A stretch of 64,000 nt of DNA from positions 70,444 through 134,443 of the forward strand of contig CABUWI010000006.1 in the NCBI GenBank assembly GCA_902495245.1, given 5' to 3'. The position numbers and the translations under genes are program-made. Origin of the DNA: an uncultured Porphyromonadaceae bacterium. GTDB lineage: Bacteria; Bacteroidota; Bacteroidia; Bacteroidales; Muribaculaceae. The notes beneath the pieces were generated by a model. It searched no databases and had not been told where the DNA came from. It was given only the letters and a program-made list of their open reading frames with translations. Positions 63,744 to 64,000 of the stretch are shown in pieces; the first letter of the stretch is position 1; every line of letters starts with the position of its first letter.

Positions 63744-63751
63744 ACAAAGTT
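63744..63751 (-). promoter_or_regulatory. -7 box TAACTTTG upstream of the 549-aa T9SS cargo gene
   Basis: The reverse complement of caaagtta is TAACTTTG. It lies 29 nt upstream of the ATG at 63715. Confidence 0.55.
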
Positions 63752-64000
63752 AGTGAAAATTCACGAATCAGGCCAATTTCATAGCAAAATTGTGTATCCG
63801 ACGCCGATTCGACGCCATTTTGCCGCCGCGACGCAATCTCATAAATGTTAAATTAGTTAATTCCGCGCACATTCCGGGCCGAACGAGTGTTATATGGTCA
63901 AACTGTGAAAATAACAGATGCCACAGGCTCTGTTGGCACACACAACTAATTTATTTATTAACCGACCCTTGCGGCGGATACGGGAATACTTCGAATTTTC

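Overview
This is a high-GC chromosomal segment (roughly 60% by eye) of Bacteroidota/Bacteroidales type. The assignment rests on a SusC/SusD pair, T9SS-type C-terminal sorting domains, and TAnnTTTG -7 promoter boxes in front of most transcription units. The first ~30 kb is mostly core housekeeping: ispH (5'-truncated), mutS2, purN, valS, ftsH, rsfS, mfd, rsmE, mnmA, ispD, recG, pgk, tRNA-Thr(CGU) and tRNA-Arg(CCG). The rest is envelope-related accessory content. (i) Two OMP_b-brl_3-type outer-membrane barrels sit behind a low-GC, membrane-anchored TPR-TM-LuxR regulator. (ii) A SusC/SusD locus has no glycoside hydrolase but carries a 959-aa M16 peptidase and a ChaN/Tiki-like protein. (iii) A seven-gene operon at 47.1-57.2 kb encodes only exported or membrane proteins: stand-alone CHASE2, FecR-like/DUF4384-like, WD40+OmpA-like, TPR+caspase C14, LPP20-like/DUF4384-like, a small secreted protein, and a transglutaminase-like protein. 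This operon is my best candidate for an undescribed system. (iv) Three independently transcribed T9SS cargo genes encode a C10 protease and two repeat proteins, one with a recent 753-nt intragenic tandem duplication. Other observations are a 53-aa rubredoxin gene absent from the ORF track, a low-GC HicAB-like islet between tRNA-Arg and pgk, a 327-bp nested palindrome between mfd and rsfS, a recurring GGACGCAC/GTGCGTCC hairpin, and several 7-, 9- and 11-nt tandem tracts at gene boundaries. I saw no rRNA, CRISPR array, transposase, integrase or obvious pseudogene. All family assignments come from motif recognition by eye, not from database searches.
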